Below are positions 16,355 to 23,709 of a stretch of DNA of 64,000 nt, piece after piece. The position numbers and the translations under genes were made by a program. The DNA is taken from the IMG/VR virus record IMGVR_UViG_3300045988_123906. One strand, 5' to 3'. Numbering within the stretch: position 1 is the stretch's first letter; each line of letters opens with the position of its first letter. The notes below the pieces were generated by a model. The model had not been told where the DNA came from. It did no database searches and saw only the letters and a list, made by a program, of their open reading frames with translations. This stretch comes from a virus.

Positions 16355-16368
16355 GAAAGGAAACAACA

Positions 16369-17049
16369 ATGGATCTGAGCAAAATCGAAATGGTGTTTGA
16401 CCCTGCGTCTGTTAAGGGTCGCATTCATATCATCGGCTGTGGTTCGGTCGGCTCTACTGTGGCTGAACTGCTGGCACGATACGGTCTGACCAAGTTCACT
16501 CTGTGGGATATGGACTTTGTCGAACCCAAGAATATCGTCAACCAGATGTTCTTCCAGCAGGATATCGCCCATCCCAAGGTGGAAGCTGTGGGGAACATTC
16601 TGTGCAATGTGAATCCTGATATCAAAGAGGATCTGGTTCTGATGCCCAATGGCTGGCAGGGCGAAACCGTCAAGGGTTATGTGTTCCTGGCCGTGGACAG
16701 CATCGAGATCCGCAAGCAGTTCCTGGAGAAGAATAAGTACAATCCTGAGCTGCTCGGTGTGTTCGATATCCGCACTGGCCTGTATGATGCACAGTGCTGG
16801 TCGGCCGATTGGAAGGATCGCAAGCAGATCGACAATCTGAAGAACTCCATGAACTTCACTCACGAGGAAGCAAAGGTAAGTACGCCGGTGTCTGCATGTG
16901 GCATTGTTCAGGGTGTTGCACCGACCGTTCGTTTCATCTGCTGTCTGGCGGTTACGAACTTTATCAATTTCGTGGGAGGCAACCAGCTGAAGAAGCAGAT
17001 CGTTGCAACCCCGTTCATTCTGGGTGAAGAGAGCGTCATGGCGTTCTGA
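16369..17049 (+). CDS. minimal E1-like (ThiF/MoeB-family) adenylation protein
   Basis: Rossmann GxGxxG (IIGCGSVGS) followed by WDMDFVEPKNIVNQ...HPKVEA, the ThiF/E1 nucleotide-binding signature. Only 226 aa. Confidence 0.7.
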   Translation: MDLSKIEMVFDPASVKGRIHIIGCGSVGSTVAELLARYGLTKFTLWDMDFVEPKNIVNQMFFQQDIAHPKVEAVGNILCNVNPDIKEDLVLMPNGWQGETVKGYVFLAVDSIEIRKQFLEKNKYNPELLGVFDIRTGLYDAQCWSADWKDRKQIDNLKNSMNFTHEEAKVSTPVSACGIVQGVAPTVRFICCLAVTNFINFVGGNQLKKQIVATPFILGEESVMAF

Positions 17050-17097
17050 TAAAATCGTAAATAAAAAAATCGTGATGAATAGTTGTTTTTATAAACA

Positions 17098-17329
17098 GCG
17101 CACTTAGGCCAAGCCAAGTGTATCGAATTGTTAAGAAGAGGGGGTCCTCCCCCTGTGGCATCAACATTGCAAAACTAAACGCGTGCCGCCGGATGACGGT
17201 GCTACCACAGGGTTCGAAACGATCTTCCTGGGTCACCCGAATGCGGTTATATAGCCAATTTCAGCATCCAATCATGATCGGGACCTCCTACAGCATGCAT
17301 TATAGCCTCAAGAAACCCATTTAGATCAC
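17098..17329 (+). ncRNA. GC-rich structured module B, immediately upstream of the RT
   Basis: Diverged 5' box GCGCACTTAGGCCAAGCCAAGTGTATCGAATTGTTAAGA and 3' box ATTTAGATCAC (17319-17329), 24 nt before the RT start. Contains hairpin GGGGGtcctCCCCC and the 8-bp helix CCCTGTGG/CCACAGGG. Confidence 0.5.
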
Positions 17330-17352
17330 GATGAAATCATAAAGGAGAAACA

Positions 17353-18585
17353 ATGTACATTACATATCTGAATCCTCCTAAGACTCGGCAGATCACTTTT
17401 GATGAGATCCTTGCCGGTGTCCAGAATGTAGAAGCACTGCACTATGGCGGCAGCAACACATCTACAATGACCGTGTGCCGCAATGACTTAACCGCCAAAC
17501 TTCGCGCTATCACAAATGTTCCTGAGATGATCGAGAAGTTGGTGGACTACAACGTGAAATATGCGACGCTTGAATCCAGCGATATCCCGAGTCACTATTC
17601 TCACTTTGAGATTCCAAAGAAATCTGGTGGCTGGCGACCCATTGATGCGCCAGATGAAACTCTTTCTGATGCACTGATCGAGCTGCGGGAACTGCTGAAG
17701 AGCTTTATGATCGCAGATTATCACACGAATGCTTTCGCATATATTCCCAATCGCAGCTTTATCGATGCGGTCCGTAAGCATCAGGCAGGTCACAATAAAA
17801 CCGTCGTTGATGAGGCGACCGGCATGAAAAAGGTCGTCAATTATCAGAATCATTGGGCGGTCAAGTTCGACTTCCATGGTTTCTTTCCCAGTACGACACC
17901 GGATTTTCTGCTCGGCATGATGAGTGTGATCTATCCATTTGCTCTGATCATGCGGGATGCACATGGCCGAGATGAACTGGCAAAGGCGGTCAACCTGTGC
18001 TTTCTTCGCAACGGCCTGCCGCAGGGAACTCCCATCAGTCCGTGGCTTACCAATGTGATGATGATTCCGTTTGACCACTGTATCACTCGCAAGCTGTGCT
18101 ATGGCTACAAAGCAAAGGACGGCATCGATCGCGAGTTTACTTTCACACGATATGCAGATGATATCCTCATCAGCTGTTATCATCACTTTGACCCGATGGA
18201 AATTCAGCAGATCATCATTGATGCGTTGAACTTCTTTCATGCGCCGTTTACTCTGAACGAAACGAAAACGCATTACGGCAACCGGCACTCCAGCAAGAAC
18301 TGGTGTCTCGGCTTGATGTGGAATAAGGACAATCAGATCACGGTTGGCTGGCGCAATCTTAAAATGTTCCGTTCGGCTATGACGAACTATATCGATACAA
18401 AGCAGCATGGCAGGACCTGGGAGCTGGAAGATCTGCAAAAGTTCAATGGCAAGCTCAACTATTATCACATGGTCGAGCCTGAGGTGATCGACGAGCTGGT
18501 TCGTCGTTACAATGCAAAGTTCGGCACTGATATTATTGCGATGCTCAAAGAAGATCTTCGTCCCAAAGAGGGCGTTGTTGCATAA
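17353..18585 (+). CDS. reverse transcriptase, retron/Abi/UG-like
   Basis: RT motifs in order: NRSFIDAVRKH, FDFHGFFPS, LPQGTPISPWLTNV, RYADDILIS (YADD box), NETKTH. 410 aa with no endonuclease or maturase tail seen. Confidence 0.85.
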   Translation: MYITYLNPPKTRQITFDEILAGVQNVEALHYGGSNTSTMTVCRNDLTAKLRAITNVPEMIEKLVDYNVKYATLESSDIPSHYSHFEIPKKSGGWRPIDAPDETLSDALIELRELLKSFMIADYHTNAFAYIPNRSFIDAVRKHQAGHNKTVVDEATGMKKVVNYQNHWAVKFDFHGFFPSTTPDFLLGMMSVIYPFALIMRDAHGRDELAKAVNLCFLRNGLPQGTPISPWLTNVMMIPFDHCITRKLCYGYKAKDGIDREFTFTRYADDILISCYHHFDPMEIQQIIIDALNFFHAPFTLNETKTHYGNRHSSKNWCLGLMWNKDNQITVGWRNLKMFRSAMTNYIDTKQHGRTWELEDLQKFNGKLNYYHMVEPEVIDELVRRYNAKFGTDIIAMLKEDLRPKEGVVA

Positions 18586-18617
18586 AAAATGGAGACATAC
18601 ACAAGGAGTGATGATCT

Positions 18618-18965
18618 ATGATTGAAATTATGTGCCGGGATGGAAAGGTCCCATCGAAGGAGCTCGAAAAGGTCGCGGATATGATCTACTATTCCACGGG
18701 CATCGAAACAGAGGTGGTCTACGAAGAGGATCGGAGAGCCCTAGTGTTCTGGGGCCCTGAGGATGTCAAAGAGATCGTGGAAAGTTTGAATCTGAAATCG
18801 ATCAACACAGACGATACCAATTTCTGCGATACCATTGTGGCCGCCGCAGAGCCGCGCATTCACCAGGCAATGCTGGAAGCCGGCAGAGATGTCCTGTTTG
18901 ATGAAGTCTGTGAAACGGCTGCATCCATGGGCGAACAAATCGAATTCGATGAGCCCAATCAGTAA
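18618..18965 (+). CDS. hypothetical acidic protein (115 aa), co-bracketed with the RT
   Basis: aaggag RBS upstream. No motif recognised. Confidence 0.55.
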   Translation: MIEIMCRDGKVPSKELEKVADMIYYSTGIETEVVYEEDRRALVFWGPEDVKEIVESLNLKSINTDDTNFCDTIVAAAEPRIHQAMLEAGRDVLFDEVCETAASMGEQIEFDEPNQ

Positions 18966-19006
18966 TCAGTAAACAAAAAATCACTTTGCATATCGTTCCA
19001 AAAGAG

Positions 19007-19217
19007 CGAGCATCACGCCCAAGGCGGATGTTAAGAAGAATACCCCAGCAATCGGCCGCTGCACTCCGCCATAGGCCCCTGATCGTGCAGCTGGCCTCAA
19101 ACAATCCTTGTCAAGAAACACTCGTCCTTCGATCCGGGACGAAAGTCACGCGCCAGGTCGCGTGACAGAAGTCCCTGATCGTGCGTCCTCCCGTTTCCAG
19201 AGCATCGGATTTAGAAA
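19007..19217 (+). ncRNA. GC-rich structured module C (diverged), downstream of the RT cassette
   Basis: 5' box remnant CACGCCCAAGGCGGATGTTAAGAAGA and 3' box ATTTAGA (19209-19215). Perfect 8-bp hairpin GTCACGCG/CGCGTGAC. Internal direct repeat CCCTGATCGTGC x2. Confidence 0.4.
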
Positions 19218-19250
19218 GTGATTTTGATAAAAAGAAAATGAGGTAGAAAT

Positions 19251-19517
19251 ATGGAATTGATGTATAAGCCAGGCGATAAAGTAATGATTCGCCCGGATCT
19301 GAACTGCCGTGAAATTTATTGCATGAGATCAGGTCGCCACAATGGGGACTATACCTACAATGTGGTTGATCAAATGGTAGATCAGGCTGGAAAGGTTTTT
19401 ACGATTCAGGGTCCTCGCCACGGAGGAGCTGGATATACTCTGGAAGAGTCTGATTATGGCTGGACCGACGAGATGTTTATTTCTATCAATGAGTGTTGCT
19501 GTGATAGCATTCTGTGA
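19251..19517 (+). CDS. CxC[DE]S[LI]L-tail family protein, copy 1 (88 aa)
   Basis: YKPGDKVMIRPDL..YCMRSG..WTDEMF..NECCCDSIL-COOH. Confidence 0.65.
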   Translation: MELMYKPGDKVMIRPDLNCREIYCMRSGRHNGDYTYNVVDQMVDQAGKVFTIQGPRHGGAGYTLEESDYGWTDEMFISINECCCDSIL

Positions 19518-19525
19518 GGTGAACT

Positions 19526-19801
19526 ATGAAATACAGATACGATGTCGGTGACGCAGTGGTCGTAAAGCGAGATCTCAGAAAGAATTGCAGCTACTTTATG
19601 ATGTTCGGCCCCAATCCCAAAACATACAACACTGTTGTCGACGAAATGAAAGAGCTCGAAGGCAAGACCGTTCATATCGCAGAACATATTGATGGTCAAT
19701 ACTTCATTGAAGAAGACAATAAATCATATGCCTGGACGGATCAGATGTTCCTGACGCAGGACAAATACAGCGCTGCTTGTGTTTGCGAAAGTTTACTATG
19801 A
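19526..19801 (+). CDS. CxC[DE]S[LI]L-tail family protein, copy 2 (91 aa)
   Basis: YDVGDAVVVKRDL..WTDQMF..AACVCESLL-COOH. Confidence 0.65.
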   Translation: MKYRYDVGDAVVVKRDLRKNCSYFMMFGPNPKTYNTVVDEMKELEGKTVHIAEHIDGQYFIEEDNKSYAWTDQMFLTQDKYSAACVCESLL

Positions 19802-19817
19802 TTGGAATGATTTGAAA

Positions 19818-20021
19818 ATGCAGAATCCCTGCCATTATTGTGTGGCTCCCAAGCGTTATCCCGGGTGTCACGATCACTGTCAGGAGCGCCAGCAGTACGT
19901 CGAAACTGAGCTGACACAGCAGCACCAATACAAAGAAAAGTGCCGCATGATCAACGATTTTGATAATGAGCTATACACTCATAACCTGCGTTACAGAGAA
20001 AAATATCAACACAGATATTGA
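19818..20021 (+). CDS. small Cys/His-rich protein (67 aa)
   Basis: MQNPCHYCVAPKRYPGCHDHCQERQ, a possible metal-binding cluster. RBS is weak. Confidence 0.4.
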   Translation: MQNPCHYCVAPKRYPGCHDHCQERQQYVETELTQQHQYKEKCRMINDFDNELYTHNLRYREKYQHRY

Positions 20022-20045
20022 TTTACATAGAAAGGATGAAGATCA

Positions 20046-20867
20046 ATGGCAGAACCGGCACGTAAGCGCAAGGATCGCGTAGTTCAGTTCCCGCAACAGC
20101 CTGGTTCCGAAGCTCACATCACCATGAGCGAAGCCGAGCTGAAGGAAATGATTTGGGACATCGTGGCTGCCGCTCGCAAGAAAAAGCGCAAGACAAAGCC
20201 AACCAACAGCCTTTATACAAAGGATGGCCGCATCAAACCTTCGCCTGCTGATCCGATTCGTTCCAAAGAGGATTTCCAGAAACTGGCGAATTATCTCGCT
20301 TCCAACGGCGACCCCAAGTTTCGTCTACGCAACAAGGCGATTTTCGTGTTCGGGTGCAGTCTGGGTATTCGTTGTGGCGATCTTCTCAGTCTGAAAACGG
20401 CCGATGTTTACGAACAGGATGGCAGTGTGAAAGAGCATGTCGAACTGATCGAAGAAAAGACCCGTAAGCGCAATGTGTGCAAGATCCCTAAGATGGCAGC
20501 TGACATTCTTGAGGATTATTTCGATGAACAGAATTTCGAGATTAGTCAATCTGATTATCTGTTTCGCAGTCGCAAGGGTGGTCCTCTGACAGTGCGCGGA
20601 TTTTATCGGATCTTGAAAGAAGCAGGGAAAGCGTGTGAGCTAGATATCGATCTGTCCACTCATACCATGCGCAAAACCTATGCAATGGCTGCACTTCAGA
20701 CAGCGAAAAAAGCTGGTACATCTGGGCAAACGATCGAGATGCTTCAAGAAAAGTTTAAGCATAGCAGCCAGCGTGTCACGATGCATTATGTCAAGGCAGA
20801 CCAGGATAAGATGGACGAAATGTCTGATCGTGTGTCGGACTGGTTCGATGATGGAGGAACGGAATGA
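20046..20867 (+). CDS. tyrosine recombinase (phage integrase family)
   Basis: Catalytic signature present: R in LGIRCGDL, HxxR in HTMRKT, and H..Y in HSSQRVTMHY. 273 aa. Confidence 0.8.
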   Translation: MAEPARKRKDRVVQFPQQPGSEAHITMSEAELKEMIWDIVAAARKKKRKTKPTNSLYTKDGRIKPSPADPIRSKEDFQKLANYLASNGDPKFRLRNKAIFVFGCSLGIRCGDLLSLKTADVYEQDGSVKEHVELIEEKTRKRNVCKIPKMAADILEDYFDEQNFEISQSDYLFRSRKGGPLTVRGFYRILKEAGKACELDIDLSTHTMRKTYAMAALQTAKKAGTSGQTIEMLQEKFKHSSQRVTMHYVKADQDKMDEMSDRVSDWFDDGGTE

Positions 20868-21139
20868 CTGATTACATGTATCACCCAGGCGACAGAGTCC
20901 GCGTTCGACTTGATCTTTCGGAACATGAAGAATATAAAATGTTGTCTGGCGAAAATAAAGGTCAACGCTGGGTGATTTTTGACTGGATGAAAAAATACGC
21001 AGGACAAGAGATCGTCATTCAAAAGATCGCACAAACTAGTGGTGTTTACAGAGCACAAGGAATCGATGGCTGCATCTGGGCTGATGAGATGTTTGAGCCG
21101 CTTGTCGTGGACGAGTGCGTTTGTGATTCATTGCTGTAA
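20864..21139 (+). CDS. CxC[DE]S[LI]L-tail family protein, copy 3 (91 aa)
   Basis: YHPGDRVRVRLDL..WADEMF..DECVCDSLL-COOH. ATGA overlap with the recombinase stop. Confidence 0.65.
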   Translation: MTDYMYHPGDRVRVRLDLSEHEEYKMLSGENKGQRWVIFDWMKKYAGQEIVIQKIAQTSGVYRAQGIDGCIWADEMFEPLVVDECVCDSLL

Positions 21140-21160
21140 TGGAATGGAGGAAGTAGAGCA

Positions 21161-21433
21161 ATGTCAAGATATTATCAGTATAAAAACGGAGAGGAAGTGT
21201 TTGTTCGACCTGATCTGGAGCGCGGTGTTCAGTATTATATGCGTTCCGGTTACCGAGCAAATGATGTCAGTGTCACCCTTACTTATTCTCAGGCGCAGCG
21301 GCTTGGCACTGTGGTTCATATTGCCGGCAAGCGCAATGGCCGCTATTACATCGATGAAGATTATGGGTGCGATCGGTGGACGGACGAGATGTTCGCAGCA
21401 CCCAACGAATGTATCTGTACGCCGCTGCTGTGA
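21161..21433 (+). CDS. CxC[DE]S[LI]L-tail family protein, copy 4 (90 aa)
   Basis: YKNGEEVFVRPDL..YYMRSG..WTDEMF..NECICTPLL-COOH. Confidence 0.65.
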   Translation: MSRYYQYKNGEEVFVRPDLERGVQYYMRSGYRANDVSVTLTYSQAQRLGTVVHIAGKRNGRYYIDEDYGCDRWTDEMFAAPNECICTPLL

Positions 21434-21441
21434 GGTGAATT

Positions 21442-21705
21442 ATGGAAGGGAAATACCTGTACGAAATTGGCGACCTCGTAAAAGTTCGCGACGATATTGA
21501 TCGAAACATGTAGTATCGTATGCGTTCCGGTCCCAAAGCTGGACGCGAACCCGGGACTGTATATAATATCGGAAAATATAAGGGGTCAGTCCACAAAATC
21601 ATTTCTTATGAGCAGGGTTATTACAAAATCGATAATGACCCTGATCATCTGTACTGGTCTGATGAAATGTTTGAGCCGATGTCGGTAAACGAAAGCCAAC
21701 AGTAA
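21442..21705 (+). CDS. family copy 5 with in-frame TAG (21511-21513) and no CxC tail
   Basis: gaggtg RBS as for copy 2. MEGKYLYEIGDLVKVRDDIDRNM*YRMRSG..YWSDEMFEPMSVNESQQ. The TAG aligns with the CAG (Gln) codon of copy 4. The tracked ORF 21520-21705 is only the post-TAG part. Confidence 0.5.
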
Positions 21706-21721
21706 CATTGTGACATTGGAT

Positions 21722-21871
21722 ATGTCGGAACTTCATGGGCAGTTGGTTCATATTAAAGATTATTCTTCTCACGGGCACTATATCGTAGAAGAAACATATG
21801 ATTTTAGATGGACTGATGACATGTTTTCTGGTTTGGCAAACAATGAGTGCTGCTGCGAATCTCTGTTATAA
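21722..21871 (+). pseudogene. truncated family copy 6 (C-terminal half only, 49 aa)
   Basis: MSELHGQLVHIKDYSSHGHYIVEETYDFRWTDDMFSGLANNECCCESLL. It lacks the N-terminal GD..V..DL half and has no clear RBS. Confidence 0.45.
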
Positions 21872-21882
21872 GGAGGCACAAG

Positions 21883-22173
21883 TTGCAAGATACAAAATAT
21901 CATGTAGGCGATGTCGTTATTGTCCGCCAGGATTTAGATTTTAGAAAATGTTATTGGATGCGATCAGGTGGAAAAGAAAACGCTCCTTGGAGGAACGTTG
22001 TTTCAGATGTTGTAACTGAAGACATGATAGAGCTTTGTGGACAGACTATCGAAATCGAAGAAATAGTCGATACGGTCGATGGTAAAAAATACAGAGCAAG
22101 AGGTCGCTACTGGACAGACGACATGTTTTCTGACCAAATCGGCAATGAATGTTACTGTGAATCACTTCTGTAA
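21883..22173 (+). CDS. CxC[DE]S[LI]L-tail family protein, copy 7 (TTG start)
   Basis: aaggagg RBS 5 nt before TTG 21883. YHVGDVVIVRQDL..YWMRSG..WTDDMF..NECYCESLL-COOH. Confidence 0.6.
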   Translation: MQDTKYHVGDVVIVRQDLDFRKCYWMRSGGKENAPWRNVVSDVVTEDMIELCGQTIEIEEIVDTVDGKKYRARGRYWTDDMFSDQIGNECYCESLL

Positions 22174-22193
22174 ATTTGAAAGGAGAAATTATC

Positions 22194-22577
22194 ATGGAAA
22201 AGAATCTGTTTGAAATCGCAACTCGTAATCGCTATCGCTTTAACTACAAGGGCGTTATGACCGTAGAGGATCTGTGGAGTCTGCGGGTCGAGGATCTGGA
22301 TGCCATCTTCAAGATGCTGAACCGTCAGAAGAAGACCGCCGATGAGGATTCTCTGCTGGCCACCAAGAGCGCCGAGGATCAGGATCTGGCCAATAAGATC
22401 GATATCGTCAGGTATATCGTGTCTGTCAAGCTGGCTGAGGCAGCGGAGCGTGTGTCTGCCGCAGAGAAGAAGGCACAGCGCGATAAGATCATGGAGATCG
22501 TGGCAAAGAAAAAGGATAAGGCGCTGGAAGACATGGGCATCGAGGATCTGATGAAGAAGCTGGAAGAGCTGAACTGA
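22194..22577 (+). CDS. hypothetical coiled-coil protein (127 aa)
   Basis: aaaggag RBS before ATG 22194. Strong AAG/GAG codon bias. No motif recognised. Confidence 0.6.
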   Translation: MEKNLFEIATRNRYRFNYKGVMTVEDLWSLRVEDLDAIFKMLNRQKKTADEDSLLATKSAEDQDLANKIDIVRYIVSVKLAEAAERVSAAEKKAQRDKIMEIVAKKKDKALEDMGIEDLMKKLEELN

Positions 22578-22594
22578 GAAGGGGAGTATCAAAA

Positions 22595-23698
22595 ATGAAA
22601 GTTGTTGAAAGCGCAAGCAATCTGTTCCTGTATGGCGACGATATGAAGGCGTATGACAAGATCCCGGCGGGTACCTATGATATCCACTGTTCTGAGATGA
22701 CCGGTTTCTATCTGTCCCGCCGCCCTGATATGGTCATCAACGAAAAGGTGTATGGTGTCCAGAGCAGCAAGGTTGCCAAAGTGCTGAATTCGTTCAAAGT
22801 GTTCAACCGCAACCTGGGTGTCATCCTCAGCGGCAACAAAGGCATCGGCAAATCTCTGATCGCTAAGATGATTGCAATCGAGGCCGTCAAGCAGGGCTAT
22901 CCTGTCATTCTGGCTAACCGCTATATCGGCGGTATCGCCAATTTCATTGAATCCATCGATCAGGAAGTTATGATCCTGTTTGACGAGTTTGATAAAACCT
23001 TCAAGTCCCGGGATAATGAAAATCCGCAGGATACGATGCTGAGTCTGTTCGATGGCACCAGCGCGGGCAAAAAGCTCTTCGTTGTCACCTGTAACCAGCT
23101 CAATGGTCTGAACGATTATCTGGTCAACCGTCCCGGCCGCTTCCACTATCACTTCCGCTTCGATTACCCGGGCGCTGATGAGGTCGAAACCTACCTCAAG
23201 GATAAGCTCGAAGAGAAGTATTACGATCAGATCCCAGCTGTGGTCGATTTTTCTGGCAAGATCGATCTGAACTATGACTGCCTGCGGTCTATCGCCTTTG
23301 AATTGAATCTGGGCACTCCATTCGCAGAGGCCATCAAGGATCTGAATATCATCAATATGAACGAGACCAGCTACAAGCTCACTGTTATCTTCAAGGATGG
23401 TTACCGTGCGTCCAGCACCAAGCGTTTTGATATGTTCAATGGTGCACAGCGTATCTGTTTTGATGTCAAGCTGAAAGATGGCTACTGGCCTGATTTCTAT
23501 ATCAATACTGAGGATATCCAGTATAACCCCGCCAACGGTGAGCAGTTCATTGATGGAAAGAAGATTGATGTGGATAATCCGTATTCCAAGAGTGATGACG
23601 ATGAAAAGGATCGTTATGAAGCTTTTGAAAAGGACAACGGTGTGGTCAAAGTCATCATCTCTCGTACTCGTGAAAGAGACATTCACTACATGGTCTAA
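22595..23698 (+). CDS. AAA+ ATPase
   Basis: Walker A GNKGIGKS and Walker B MILFDEFD, with a C-terminal domain of unknown type. 367 aa. Confidence 0.75.
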   Translation: MKVVESASNLFLYGDDMKAYDKIPAGTYDIHCSEMTGFYLSRRPDMVINEKVYGVQSSKVAKVLNSFKVFNRNLGVILSGNKGIGKSLIAKMIAIEAVKQGYPVILANRYIGGIANFIESIDQEVMILFDEFDKTFKSRDNENPQDTMLSLFDGTSAGKKLFVVTCNQLNGLNDYLVNRPGRFHYHFRFDYPGADEVETYLKDKLEEKYYDQIPAVVDFSGKIDLNYDCLRSIAFELNLGTPFAEAIKDLNIINMNETSYKLTVIFKDGYRASSTKRFDMFNGAQRICFDVKLKDGYWPDFYINTEDIQYNPANGEQFIDGKKIDVDNPYSKSDDDEKDRYEAFEKDNGVVKVIISRTRERDIHYMV

Positions 23699-23709
23699 GG
23701 AGGCTCAAT

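Noticed and set aside
17118-17324. Tracked ORFs lie inside the modules (17118-17324; 6567-6857), and the 5' box translates as ARLGQAERNELL.
   Set aside because: They have no RBS. The box is conserved at nucleotide level, with an indel and non-synonymous changes in copy B. The A1 copy is preceded by stops in that frame.
17353-18585. The RT could be part of a diversity-generating retroelement, with the paralog array as targets.
   Set aside because: I found no template/variable repeat pair differing only at adenines. The modules differ at all bases. The RT motifs (RYADD, FDFHGFFPS) look retron/Abi-like rather than DGR-like. The paralogs differ throughout rather than in a confined C-terminal VR.
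17098-19217. The RT cassette could be a group II intron.
   Set aside because: There is no GUGYG 5' end, no domain V-like 34-nt hairpin with an AGC triad downstream of the ORF, and only about 250 nt upstream, which is too short for domains I-III. The RT has no maturase or endonuclease tail.
19251-22173. The C-terminal Cys-x-x-L-L tail could be a eukaryote-style CaaX prenylation box.
   Set aside because: The conserved Cys is five residues from the end, not four. The middle residues are acidic or polar (D/E-S) rather than aliphatic. A bacterial host has no CaaX prenyltransferase as far as I know.
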